Source of the DNA: Candidatus Limnocylindrales bacterium
GTDB taxonomy: Bacteria; Chloroflexota; Limnocylindria; Limnocylindrales; CSP1-4
NCBI GenBank assembly: GCA_036570185.1
Contig: DATCPH010000076.1
Location: 2,322-66,321 of the forward strand
Length of the DNA: 64,000 nt
Direction of reading: 5' to 3'
Part shown: positions 47,016-56,495 of the stretch, one piece after another
Layout of the letters: every line of letters starts with the position of its first letter
Numbering within the stretch: the stretch's first letter is position 1
The notes under the pieces: model-generated
What the model saw: the letters and a program-made list of their open reading frames with translations, nothing else
The model's database searches: none
Told to the model about the DNA's origin: nothing
Position numbers and translations under genes: made by a program

Positions 47016-47945
47016 ATGACCGAGCACGATCCGGGATCTCCACCGAGCGGGGGCCTCGACTCCACGGAGGCGATCCAGGAGGCATTCCGCGCCCGCAGCT
47101 ACATCGCCGATCGGCCGCTCTCGACCGCGGTTTTCCTCGCGCTTCGGCTCGAACGGCCACTTCTGCTCGAGGGTGAAGCCGGCGTCGGCAAGACGGAGCT
47201 GGCCAAGGTCCTCGCTGCCTCGCTGGGCGCGCGCCTGATTCGCCTCCAGTGCTACGAGGGCCTCGACGTCAACAACGCGGTCTACGAGTGGAACTACCCA
47301 CGCCAGATGCTCGAGATCCGGCTCCTCGAAGCGCGTGGCGAGGCCGCGAAGGCGACGCCCCACGACATTTTTGGCCCAGAGTTCCTGATCCGGCGCCCGC
47401 TCCTGCAGGCGCTCGACAGCGATGGCACTGGTGTGGCCCCGGTTCTGCTCATCGACGAGATCGATCGTGCCGACGAGGAATTCGAGGCGTACCTGCTCGA
47501 GATCCTGTCCGATTTCCAGGTGACGGTGCCGGAGATCGGCACGATCCGGGCAGAGCATCCGCCGCGCGTCATCCTGACCTCGAATCGGACGCGGGAGGTC
47601 CACGACGCCCTCAAGCGCCGTTGCCTCTACCACTGGATCGACTACCCGACGCTCGAGAAGGAATACGAGATCGTCCTTGCCCGCGTGCCGGCCGCGCCCG
47701 CTCAGCTGGCTCGCGCAGTGGTCGCGTTCGTCCATCGGCTGCGCGAGGCCGACCTCACCAAGGTTCCCGGGATCGCCGAGACCCTTGACTGGGCCGCGGC
47801 ACTGCTTTCGCTCGGGGCGAGCCAGCTCTCGCCGGAGGTGATCGACGAGACGCTCGGCGTCGTCCTCAAGTACGAAGAGGACATCCGCCAGGTTCGCGGC
47901 GAGACGGTCCGCCGCTACCTCGCCGAGGCCGCTGCACGGGCGTGA
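47016..47945 (+). CDS. coxD: MoxR-like AAA+ ATPase of the CoxD type
   Basis: 'LLLEGEAGVGKTELAKVLA', 'LLIDEIDRADEEFEAYLLEIL' and 'VILTSNRTREVHDALKRRCLY'. ATG at 47016 inside ORF 46533..47945. Confidence 0.85.
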   Translation: MTEHDPGSPPSGGLDSTEAIQEAFRARSYIADRPLSTAVFLALRLERPLLLEGEAGVGKTELAKVLAASLGARLIRLQCYEGLDVNNAVYEWNYPRQMLEIRLLEARGEAAKATPHDIFGPEFLIRRPLLQALDSDGTGVAPVLLIDEIDRADEEFEAYLLEILSDFQVTVPEIGTIRAEHPPRVILTSNRTREVHDALKRRCLYHWIDYPTLEKEYEIVLARVPAAPAQLARAVVAFVHRLREADLTKVPGIAETLDWAAALLSLGASQLSPEVIDETLGVVLKYEEDIRQVRGETVRRYLAEAAARA

Positions 47946-47987
47946 CCGGGCAAGTCCGGCGTGACCGAGCAAGTCCGGCGTGACCCC
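47942..47987. repeat. 19-bp tandem duplication (2.4 copies) spanning the coxD stop and coxE start
   Basis: gtgaccgggcaagtccggc / gtgaccgagcaagtccggc / gtgacccc. Copy 1 contains the coxD TGA; copy 2 supplies the coxE GTG. Confidence 0.85.
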
Positions 47988-49376
47988 CCGATGACCCGCG
48001 TCGGCGACGACCTGGTCGACGGACACCGGCTGCTCGGCGAGGCGGTCCTGTTCGGACGCGAGCTGCGAGCCGCCGGACTCGCCGTGGACCTTGGCGCGGC
48101 CGTCGATTTTGCGCGGGCGCTGAACGTGGTCGACGTCGGTGAGCGCGAACAGGTGCGTGCAGCAGGATCGGCCGTGTTCGTCCGCCGTCATGACGACGGC
48201 GAGGTGTACGACATCGTCTTCGACCGGTTCTGGCGCCGGCGGCAATCGCCGCTGGACGATCTGATCCCATTCGCAGAGAGCGCATCGGCTCGGGACGCGG
48301 GGCCGGACGCGGGCGACCCTCAGGGCGAGGCCGGGGACGAGAGCGTCACGGCGGGCCTGAAGGCGCGCGGGATCGCCGCACCGGACGACGCCTCCGAAGC
48401 TCCGGCGCAGGGGGACGTGGACCGCTTCGACATCGCGCCCGATGCCTTCAGCCGGGCTGAGGTCGTGCGCCACCGCGACTTCGACAAGATGACACCGGCC
48501 GAGTTGCGCGACGCCGAACGCCTCGTGGATCTCCTGCGGCCGCGCCTCGAGCTTCGTCGGACGCGCCGGTACGAGCTCCATCACCACGGGCGCCTTCTCG
48601 CGCCGCGGGCGATGCTCCGGCGGAACCTCGCGACCGGCGGCCAGCTGACCGAGTGGGTCTGGCGCCGCGCTGTTCGCCGGCCGCGGCGGATCGTCGTGAT
48701 CTGCGATATCTCGGGCTCGATGGAGCGCCACTCTCGACTGCTCCTCCGCTTCGTTCAGGCGCTGACGGCATCGACGGCCGTCCACACGGAGTCGTTCGTG
48801 TTCGGCACGCGCCTGACGCGGGTCACCCGGCTCCTGCGCGATCGAGACCGAGATCGGGCGCTGACCCGTGTCGCGAAGGTCGTCAACGACTGGGCCGGAG
48901 GGACCCGGATCGGGGAGTCGTTCCGGGACTTCAATCGGCACTGGGCGAGGCGGACCCTGCGCTCGAGCGGCGTCGTGATCGTCGTTTCTGACGGTTGGGA
49001 TCGCGGCGACCCTGCGTTGGTCGAGGTCGAGACGGCTCGGCTGCGGCGCAACTGCCACCGGCTGATCTGGCTGAACCCGCTCGCGGGGACGCCGGGCTAC
49101 CAGCCATTGGCGGCGGGCATGCGGGCGGCGTACCCGTACATCGACGATTTCCTGCCGGCGGGGACGGTCGCCAGCCTCGAGCGCCTCGGCGAGATCCTGG
49201 CGGGCATCCGCGGGGGCGATACGGGACCCGGGAGCGAGGCTGCTGCCCGCGTCGCACCGGATCCCGACGGGACGCTCGGTACAGGTGCCGAGCGCACGTT
49301 CGGCCCACCGCCGCCAATCGCCCGCGGCGGCGCGGACACGGCGGCCGACCCATCCACGGCCCAACCGCTACGCTGA
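47961..49376 (+). CDS. coxE: vWA-domain protein of the CoxE type
   Basis: MIDAS 'ICDISGSM', 'VVIVVSDGWDRG' and 'IWLNPL'. The start is either the GTG at 47961 or the ATG at 47991. Confidence 0.8.
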   Translation: MTEQVRRDPPMTRVGDDLVDGHRLLGEAVLFGRELRAAGLAVDLGAAVDFARALNVVDVGEREQVRAAGSAVFVRRHDDGEVYDIVFDRFWRRRQSPLDDLIPFAESASARDAGPDAGDPQGEAGDESVTAGLKARGIAAPDDASEAPAQGDVDRFDIAPDAFSRAEVVRHRDFDKMTPAELRDAERLVDLLRPRLELRRTRRYELHHHGRLLAPRAMLRRNLATGGQLTEWVWRRAVRRPRRIVVICDISGSMERHSRLLLRFVQALTASTAVHTESFVFGTRLTRVTRLLRDRDRDRALTRVAKVVNDWAGGTRIGESFRDFNRHWARRTLRSSGVVIVVSDGWDRGDPALVEVETARLRRNCHRLIWLNPLAGTPGYQPLAAGMRAAYPYIDDFLPAGTVASLERLGEILAGIRGGDTGPGSEAAARVAPDPDGTLGTGAERTFGPPPPIARGGADTAADPSTAQPLR

Positions 49377-49386
49377 GCGACGGCCC

Positions 49387-50541
49387 ATGAAGGAACTCCT
49401 CGACACCCTGGACGCCTGGCGCGCCGCCGGAACCGAGCTCGATCGCGAGGTCGGCCGCGCCGTCGTGGTCCGCACGTTCGGTTCAGCGCCGCGGCCGGAG
49501 GGCTCGGCGCTCATCCGTGCGGCGGACGGCCGGATCGAGGGCTCCGTCAGCGGCGGCTGCGTGGAGGGAGCGGTCGCAGAAGAGATCGATCGCGCACGCG
49601 ACTCCGCGCAGAGTCGGGTGCTTCGCTATGGCATCAGCGACGAGGACGCCTGGGACGTCGGGCTGCAGTGCGGCGGCACGATCGACGTGCTGGTGCAGCC
49701 CTCGGTGCCCGCGGCGGCCGTGGATGCCGCGCGGGCATCGGCCGGCGAGCGTCCACGCGGTTCCGTGGTGGTCACGCCGCTTCCAGTTGGTTCGCCGTCG
49801 CCGGCCATCGGGCCCACGGAGGCAGGTGAGCCCGCCGCCCCCGAACGACCGCTCATCGTCGATGAAGACGGCAGCCTCGACGGCAGCACTGGTGCGAGCA
49901 CGCTGGATCGCGCGCTCGTCGACGTCGCCCTTGCGGCTCTTCGCCGGGGGACGTCGGGGACCGTCCAGCTCGGCGACCGGTCGTACTTCATGGAATCGTT
50001 CCCGGTCCGGCCACGCCTGGTGATGGTCGGCGCCGTCGACATCGCCCGATCACTGGTCGCATTTGCCCGTGCCCTCGGTTACGAGACCGTCGTCATCGAC
50101 GGGCGGCCGGTCTTCGCCACTGAAGCTCGCTTTCCGGACGTCGACCGGCTGATCCGCGGCTGGCTCGACGAGGTTGCCGACGACATCGGCCTCGGGCCCA
50201 ACGATGCGGTTGCGGTTCTCAGCCACGATGACAAGTTCGACGACCCCGCGATCACTGAGGCGCTCGGCCGTGGCTGCCGGTACGTCGGTGCGATCGGCTC
50301 GCAAAAGTCCCAGGCGGAGCGGCGGGCGCGACTGCGTGAGGCCGGCGTCCCGGCCGGCGATCTGGCCAGGCTCCGCGGGCCCATCGGGCTCGACCTTGGC
50401 GGACGCGCTCCCGCGGAGATCGCCCTCGCGGTGATGGCCGAGATCGTGGCCAGCCGGTACGGTGGCTCGGGCCTGCCGATGATCGAGCGGCCGGCCGGAG
50501 TGAGGGTCGTCAAGGAGCCCACGCCGGTCGTCGGGGGGTGA
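49387..50541 (+). CDS. xdhC: XdhC/CoxI(CoxF)-family molybdenum-cofactor insertion chaperone
   Basis: N-terminal XdhC_CoxI 'LDTLDAWRAAG...AVVVRTFGSAPRPEGS' and a C-terminal Rossmann 'LVMVGAVDIARSLVAFARALGYETVVID'. Confidence 0.85.
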   Translation: MKELLDTLDAWRAAGTELDREVGRAVVVRTFGSAPRPEGSALIRAADGRIEGSVSGGCVEGAVAEEIDRARDSAQSRVLRYGISDEDAWDVGLQCGGTIDVLVQPSVPAAAVDAARASAGERPRGSVVVTPLPVGSPSPAIGPTEAGEPAAPERPLIVDEDGSLDGSTGASTLDRALVDVALAALRRGTSGTVQLGDRSYFMESFPVRPRLVMVGAVDIARSLVAFARALGYETVVIDGRPVFATEARFPDVDRLIRGWLDEVADDIGLGPNDAVAVLSHDDKFDDPAITEALGRGCRYVGAIGSQKSQAERRARLREAGVPAGDLARLRGPIGLDLGGRAPAEIALAVMAEIVASRYGGSGLPMIERPAGVRVVKEPTPVVGG

Positions 50542-50542
50542 G

Positions 50543-51967
50543 GTGCGTGCTGCCGGTCTGATCCTGGCCGCCGGGGCGTCGTCGCGTTTTGGGACCCCGA
50601 AGGCCCTCGCCAGGCTCGGGGAACGGTCACTGCTCGAGCAGGTCCTTCAGATCGCCCGCTCCGCCGCCCTCGACCCGATCGTCGTCGTCCTCGGCGCGGC
50701 CGCGGAACAGATCGAACCGGCGACCGACTGGAGCGGCGCACGGGTCGTTCGAAACCCCGATCCGGACCGGGGTCTTTCGTCGTCGCTCCAGGTCGGCCTC
50801 AGGAGCGTCGCGGGCCAGGAGCCCGCGGTCGATGTCGTGGTGATCCTGCTCGGCGATCAGCCGCGAACCCGACGCGACGTCATCACAGCGCTTCTTGGTG
50901 CCGCTGAGGACCCGGGCCGTCCAATCGTGGTGCCGCGCTACGAGGGCGGCGGGGGCGCCAATCCGCTGGTCCTCGCGAGGTCGGCATTCGACCTGGTCCA
51001 CGAAGCGACGGGTGATCGCGGCTTGGGACCGATCGTGACCGGTCATCCTGAGCTCGTGCGAGAGGTCCTCGTTTCGGGCTCGAATCGGGACGTCGATACG
51101 CGTGCCGATCTCGCGATCCTGGCCGAAGAGGCCTGGGCCGAGCGTGTTCGAGCCAACCGCGAACAGGTCGAGCGCTTGCGTGAGGTCGCCGACGGCGCCG
51201 ACTTCTATCGAGGGGTCTCCTCGATCTTTCGGGCCGACCCATACCGCACCGATGACCCTGTCCTGGCCGGCCTCCTGCGTCTGGTGCGCCCGACGGACGT
51301 GGTCCTCGACATCGGCGCGGGAGCCGGTCGCTACGCGCTTCCGTTGGCGCTGGCCGTCCGCGAGGTCATCGCCCTCGACCCTTCGACCTCGATGCTCGAC
51401 GGCCTCCGCGAGGGGATGGACGAGTCCGCGATCCGAAACATCCAGCCGGTCCAGGCCCGCTGGCCGGCGGCCGCCCACGAGTTGGGCGCGCCGCCGATCG
51501 CGGACGTCGCCCTGATCGCCCACGTCGGCTACGACATCGAAGCGATCGGCCCCTTCCTCGACGCGCTGGAGCGTGCCGCCCACCGGCTGTGCGTGGCGGT
51601 CCTCATGGACCGGAGCCCGGCATCGATCGCCGAACCCTTCTGGGCCGACGTCCACGACGAGCCGCGGATCCCCTTACCGGCTCTGCCGGCGTTCGTCGAG
51701 CTGCTCGAGACGCGCAATTCACAGCCGGAGGTCCGCACGGTCGCCGCCGAACGGCGCCACTGGCACGGGCGCGAAGAGGTGGAGGCCTACCTGCGGCAGC
51801 AGACCTGGGTTTCCCCCGGAGGCGAGAAGGATCGCCGGCTGCATGCGGCGATCGACCGCCGGGCCCAGGTCGGTCAGGACGGCTCGATCTCGCTCGCGAC
51901 GGGTGCTGCCCTCAGGATCGGCATCGTGACCTGGTCGCCCCCCGAAATCGCGACCGAGAGCCGCTGA
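50543..51967 (+). CDS. MocA-like MobA nucleotidyltransferase fused to a class I SAM methyltransferase domain
   Basis: N-terminal 'LILAAGASSRFGTPKALARLGERSLL' (NTP_transf_3) and C-terminal 'VVLDIGAGAGRYALPLALAVREVIALDPSTSML', 474 aa in total. GTG start. Confidence 0.75.
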   Translation: MRAAGLILAAGASSRFGTPKALARLGERSLLEQVLQIARSAALDPIVVVLGAAAEQIEPATDWSGARVVRNPDPDRGLSSSLQVGLRSVAGQEPAVDVVVILLGDQPRTRRDVITALLGAAEDPGRPIVVPRYEGGGGANPLVLARSAFDLVHEATGDRGLGPIVTGHPELVREVLVSGSNRDVDTRADLAILAEEAWAERVRANREQVERLREVADGADFYRGVSSIFRADPYRTDDPVLAGLLRLVRPTDVVLDIGAGAGRYALPLALAVREVIALDPSTSMLDGLREGMDESAIRNIQPVQARWPAAAHELGAPPIADVALIAHVGYDIEAIGPFLDALERAAHRLCVAVLMDRSPASIAEPFWADVHDEPRIPLPALPAFVELLETRNSQPEVRTVAAERRHWHGREEVEAYLRQQTWVSPGGEKDRRLHAAIDRRAQVGQDGSISLATGAALRIGIVTWSPPEIATESR

Positions 51968-51971
51968 CGCG

Positions 51972-52613
51972 GTGATGGAGCGTCTCGCGAGGGTCACCGG
52001 GCCGATCGCGACCAACGTCCACCTCCTTGCCGACCCAGGCTCACGTGAGGCAATCGCGATCGACACCGCCATTCCGTCGCTCGCCTGGATCAGCGACGAG
52101 CTCGCCGCCCGCGGCTGGACGCTCAGGTTCATCGTGTCGACACACGGCCATTGGGACCATATCGGCGACAACGCCCGCGTCGCCGAGCACACCGGCGCCG
52201 AGATCGCCGTCCATCCGCTCGACCGCGAGCGACTCACCGACCCGCAGCCGCTCTCGGCGCCCTTCGAGATCCCGCCATCCGTGCCCGCCGTGGACTTGGC
52301 CGAAGGCCGCGAGATCCGGTTCGGCGAGATCCGCCTTCGGGTCCTGCATACGCCCGGTCACACCGAAGGGTCGGTCTGCCTGTGGTCTGCCGACGATGGG
52401 CTCCTGTTCAGCGGCGACACCCTTTTCGCGGGCGGGTGGGGGAGGGTCGACCTGCCGGGCGGTTCTGCGGAGCAGATGGTGGACTCGCTCGCGCGCCTTG
52501 CCACCCTTGAGGACCATCTGACCGTCCTGCCCGGCCACGGCCCGACGACCACGATCGGGCGCGAGCGGGCGTGGATGGAGCTCGTTGCGAAGCAGCGCCG
52601 GCTACTGGCCTGA
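51972..52613 (+). CDS. MBL-fold metallo-hydrolase (glyoxalase II-like)
   Basis: 'VSTHGHWDHIGD', 'HTPGHTEGS' and 'SGDTLFAGGWGRVD'. Confidence 0.85.
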   Translation: MMERLARVTGPIATNVHLLADPGSREAIAIDTAIPSLAWISDELAARGWTLRFIVSTHGHWDHIGDNARVAEHTGAEIAVHPLDRERLTDPQPLSAPFEIPPSVPAVDLAEGREIRFGEIRLRVLHTPGHTEGSVCLWSADDGLLFSGDTLFAGGWGRVDLPGGSAEQMVDSLARLATLEDHLTVLPGHGPTTTIGRERAWMELVAKQRRLLA

Positions 52614-52644
52614 TGTTTGGGACGCGAACCCGGCAGAGGTCTGG

Positions 52645-53094
52645 CTACCGTCCGAAACGGCCGGTGAGCGTCGCCTGACCCAGAATGTGGCCGCGCATGG
52701 CCGCCCGGATGTCCGCGGCAGGAGGGTCTCCGCTGAGTGAGATCGACGTGTCGAGGGCGAACAGGCTGAAGTCGTACCGGTGCACACCCGAGGGCGGGCA
52801 CGGGCCGCGCCAGCCGGCGCTGCCAAATGAATTCCTGCCCTCCGCGATCTCGGCTGAGCGCGCCGCGTTCTCCGGGAGAGCCGAGGAGTCGCCGGGCAGG
52901 TCGTAGGCGACCCAATGGACGAAGCCGCGCGCGTCCGGGTCGTCGACGATCAAGGCGAAGGAGGCGGTCCCGTCAGGTGCGCCCGACCACGCGAGCGGCG
53001 GCGACTGGTCCGCGCCGCTGCAGGTGTAGCGGGGCGGGATCAACCCACCCGCCTCGAAGGCGGCGCTCGAGAGCGTGAACCTGTCGATCGCCAT
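52645..53094 (-). CDS. YbhB/YbcL-family PEBP (Raf-kinase-inhibitor-like) protein
   Basis: 'SPPLAWSGAPDGTASFALIVDDPDA...FVHWVAYDLP...GWRGPCPPSGVHRYDFSLFAL'. ATG at 53094. Confidence 0.8.
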   Translation of the reverse strand: MAIDRFTLSSAAFEAGGLIPPRYTCSGADQSPPLAWSGAPDGTASFALIVDDPDARGFVHWVAYDLPGDSSALPENAARSAEIAEGRNSFGSAGWRGPCPPSGVHRYDFSLFALDTSISLSGDPPAADIRAAMRGHILGQATLTGRFGR

Positions 53095-53338
53095 TTGTGT
53101 CACCCCAGCCGGTTCACCGGCCCGTGCTTCCTCGAGCCATTGTGTCGAATCGTATGGCCTGGCCTCGGAAACGAATCGGCCTCCCAAGCGTCGAACCAGG
53201 CATCAGCGCGGCTGTCGGGTCCATGTGGCGCGTTTGCTTCGCGCACCTGCCGGCTCATGGTGCCAGACGAACCCGAGGACTACCATGATGTCGACCGGGT
53301 ATCTACGAGGGGCGCCCGCTCGATGGAGTAGGGAAAGC

Positions 53339-53566
53339 ATGAGTCTGGACGTTGTCGGCAAGCTCGGCCGCGTCACCGCCGAGATCACTCCGGGTCATCT
53401 TGGCGAAGTGCTGATCGAAGTTCGCCAGGGCACCGAGCGTTTCATGGCACGGAGCGCAGATACCGGAGCCACGATCGCAAAGCACACCCAGGTACTCGTG
53501 GTCGGCAGCCTGGGCGGACGGACCGTGGAGGTCGCACCGACCGAGAGCATGAGGCTACCCCGATGA
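53339..53566 (+). CDS. NfeD-like small protein (flotillin-associated OB-fold)
   Basis: 75 aa, with an RBS. Its stop overlaps the flotillin ATG as ATGA. 'GKLGRVTAEITPG..GEVLIEVRQGTERFMARS'. Confidence 0.65.
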   Translation: MSLDVVGKLGRVTAEITPGHLGEVLIEVRQGTERFMARSADTGATIAKHTQVLVVGSLGGRTVEVAPTESMRLPR

Positions 53567-55215
53567 TTCTCCCCGCGTTCGCCATCGTCATCGCCGCGAT
53601 CGTCGCCGCGATCGTCATCCTCTTCGCCCTGTTCAAGATGGCCTGGCGCGTGGCCGAGCCGGACGAGGCCCTGATCATCTCCGGGGTCCGCACGAGCCAC
53701 GTCGCTGGCGAGGGCATGGGCTTCAGCATCGTCACCGGGCGCGGAACGCTCGTCTTTCCAGGGATCACGAAGGTCCGCACCCTCTCGCTCGAAGCGCACG
53801 AGAGCGAGATCAGCGTGCCGTGCGTCAGCCAACAGAAGATCCGCGTCGACCTGCGCGGCATCGTCGTCTACAAGGTGGGCGATGACTATGCCTCGATCGC
53901 CAACGCCGCCCGCCGGTTCCTCGATCGACCGGCCGCCGAGCTCGAGACCAAGGTCCAGAACGTTCTCGTCGGCCATCTCCGAGCGATCGCGGGCTCGATC
54001 ACGGTCGAGGAGATGATCAGCGATCAGGACAAGTTCACCCAGCAGGTGCGCGATCGATGCACCCAGGAGATGGAGTCGTTCGGTCTCGTCATCGACAGCT
54101 TCCAGATCCAGTCGATTACCAGCCCCAGCGCCTACATCGAGAACCTGGCCGTGCCTCATCAGGCCGAAGTCGAGCAGAACGCGCGCATCGCGCGGGCGAA
54201 CGCCGATCAGGAAGCCGTGGCCAAGGAGCAGACGGCCCAGGCGCAGATTGCGGAATCGATCCGCACCACCGAGATCAAGAAGGCCGGTTTCCAGGCCGAC
54301 GTCGACCGCGCCAACAAGGATGCCTCGCAGCAGGGGCCGTTGGCCGAGGCCACCGCGCGACAAGCCGTCGTCGAGCAGGAGACGCGTGTCGCGGAGCTCC
54401 AGGCCGAGCAGAAGGAGCAACAACTCCAGGTCGATATCCGCAAGCCGGCCGACGCCGAAGCGTACCGCCAGACGACGCTGGCCACGGCCAATCGCGACGC
54501 CCGGATCCGGCAAGCCGAAGCCGAGGCGCAGGAGACGACGCTGCACGCTCAGGCGGCCGCAACCCAGACACGCGTCCAGGCAGAGGCTCAGGCCGGTGCC
54601 GTGAAGGTCCAGGCGGAGGCACAGGCTGCTGCAACCCGCCTCAACGGCCAGGCCGAAGCCGATGCGATTCGGGCGAAGGGCATGGCCGAAGCCGACGCTG
54701 TCCGCGCTCGCATGGAGGCCGAGGCACTCGGGATCGAGCGGCGCGCGGCGGCGCTCAGCCAGAACCAGGAAGCGGTCATCGCCCGGCAGATCGCGTCGAA
54801 CCTGCCCGAGATCGTGCGGGCGGCCGCCTCTTCATTCGATCACGTTGGGACGTTCACGGTTCTCAACGGCGCGCAGGGCGTGACCAGCGCGATGGCCGAG
54901 ATGATCCAGCAGGCCGGCAGCCTGGCGAGCATGGCGCGGCAGACGCTGACCCCGCTTGTTCTTGGCAACACCGATCACTCGCCGGCGGACAGCAACGGAG
55001 CGGCGGCCAGCAGGGTCGGCACGACCAACGGGGCCAAAACGACGAATGGTGCTGCGCCGGTCGGTTCGGGCCGGGGCCGTCGGCGTCGAGATTCGGCCCC
55101 CATCGTGAGCAGAGCCGGCTCGCACACGGACGCACCGCTCCCCGGCGAAACGGCAGGACCCTCCCCCGACGCTGCGGCAGCGCCGACCGCGGCGGGCGAG
55201 GAAGCCAACGTCTAG
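53563..55215 (+). CDS. Flotillin / SPFH-domain protein (FloT/YqiK-like)
   Basis: N-terminal transmembrane helix, an SPFH core, a long Ala/Glu/Gln-rich coiled coil ('AEAQAAATRLNGQAEADAIRAKGMAEADAVRA'), and a C-terminal tail. Confidence 0.85.
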   Translation: MILPAFAIVIAAIVAAIVILFALFKMAWRVAEPDEALIISGVRTSHVAGEGMGFSIVTGRGTLVFPGITKVRTLSLEAHESEISVPCVSQQKIRVDLRGIVVYKVGDDYASIANAARRFLDRPAAELETKVQNVLVGHLRAIAGSITVEEMISDQDKFTQQVRDRCTQEMESFGLVIDSFQIQSITSPSAYIENLAVPHQAEVEQNARIARANADQEAVAKEQTAQAQIAESIRTTEIKKAGFQADVDRANKDASQQGPLAEATARQAVVEQETRVAELQAEQKEQQLQVDIRKPADAEAYRQTTLATANRDARIRQAEAEAQETTLHAQAAATQTRVQAEAQAGAVKVQAEAQAAATRLNGQAEADAIRAKGMAEADAVRARMEAEALGIERRAAALSQNQEAVIARQIASNLPEIVRAAASSFDHVGTFTVLNGAQGVTSAMAEMIQQAGSLASMARQTLTPLVLGNTDHSPADSNGAAASRVGTTNGAKTTNGAAPVGSGRGRRRRDSAPIVSRAGSHTDAPLPGETAGPSPDAAAAPTAAGEEANV

Positions 55216-55252
55216 CCTGGATCCCGCGCGCGGTATCGACGCGCGCGGCACC

Positions 55253-56485
55253 GTGGAATTGGCCGGCAAGGGCGCGCACGACCAATCGGGTTTCGAGCTG
55301 GGCCCACCTGGTCCTGTCGAGATCGTCGAACCCGCCGAAGTCGAGCGTCAAATCCCGATCGCGCCCGACGCGGTCGATCGAATCGAGAAGTTGGTGGCCG
55401 CCTTCGTGACGGCCGTCGTTTCGGTGGATGTCCACAGCAACGCGTATGCGCGCGCCGTCAGCGACATGAACAGGATCGGCGAGCGCGAGATCGTCGCGAC
55501 CTCGCAGATGAGCGGTCGTCTCCTCGATCGACCACTTCGAGCCATAAGCGGGACTCTCGAGGGCAATTCGCCCATCGCGAGGAGCCTGGCCGAGCTGCGA
55601 GAGACCGTCGAGGACCTCAACCCGGCCATGCACCACCTGGATGGACGAGGTACTCGAGGGCTTCCCCGCCTGATTCGGCGCGACAATCGCGTTCGCGCTT
55701 ATTTCGAGCGGTACGGCCGGGCGGAAGGGCACATCCAGGGCGTCGTTCGAGCCTTGTCCGAAGCACGCGCCGAGCTTCAACGCGACAACGCCGTGATCGC
55801 CCAGGAGCAGCGATCGCTCTGGACGGAGATGGAGACGCTGCGCCAGTACGCGTACATGGCCCAACGGCTGGACGAAGCCGTCGAGGACCGGATCCCCGAG
55901 ATGGCCGTGACCGATGATGCACGGGCCCAAGCGCTGCGAGATGACGTGCTGTTCCCCGTGCGTCAGCGCCGCGGCGACATCCTGACCCAGCTCGCCATCG
56001 CGACGCAGGGGTTCGCCGCCCTCCGGGTCGTCGAGGAGAACAACCACCAGGTCATTCGAGCCATCGAGATGGCCACGACCACCACGATCGCCGCCCTCCG
56101 CACCGCCGTCATGGTCGCCCAGGCGTTGACGAATCAGCGCCTGCTGATGGACCAGCTCGAGGCCGTGAATGCGGCGACGAGTGAAATCCTCGAATCGACG
56201 CTCACCCGGCCGCCAGGAGGGAGTCCGCGCGCCGGAGCCGCCTCGCCTGCAGGCTTCGATCTGGCGGCACTCCAGCGGGCCTGGGACGACGTATTTGCCG
56301 CTCTCGACCAGATCGACACCTACAAGACGAGCGCGCTCGACGCGATGACGGCTACGGTCGGGCAGCTCAACCGGCAGGTAGAGCGTGCGCGCGACTCCGT
56401 TGGGTCGCTTCAGGCACCGTCGGGAGCGGCCAGCGTCGCACAGGCGTCGCAGTCAAGTCCCTCGTCTGAACTGACAATTCGGTAG
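55253..56485 (+). CDS. TelA/KlaA-like toxic-anion-resistance family protein (tentative)
   Basis: About 400 aa, all-helical and coiled-coil with a size and pattern resembling TelA. I could not recall an anchoring motif. Confidence 0.4.
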   Translation: MELAGKGAHDQSGFELGPPGPVEIVEPAEVERQIPIAPDAVDRIEKLVAAFVTAVVSVDVHSNAYARAVSDMNRIGEREIVATSQMSGRLLDRPLRAISGTLEGNSPIARSLAELRETVEDLNPAMHHLDGRGTRGLPRLIRRDNRVRAYFERYGRAEGHIQGVVRALSEARAELQRDNAVIAQEQRSLWTEMETLRQYAYMAQRLDEAVEDRIPEMAVTDDARAQALRDDVLFPVRQRRGDILTQLAIATQGFAALRVVEENNHQVIRAIEMATTTTIAALRTAVMVAQALTNQRLLMDQLEAVNAATSEILESTLTRPPGGSPRAGAASPAGFDLAALQRAWDDVFAALDQIDTYKTSALDAMTATVGQLNRQVERARDSVGSLQAPSGAASVAQASQSSPSSELTIR

Positions 56486-56495
56486 CGGCCGCGCA

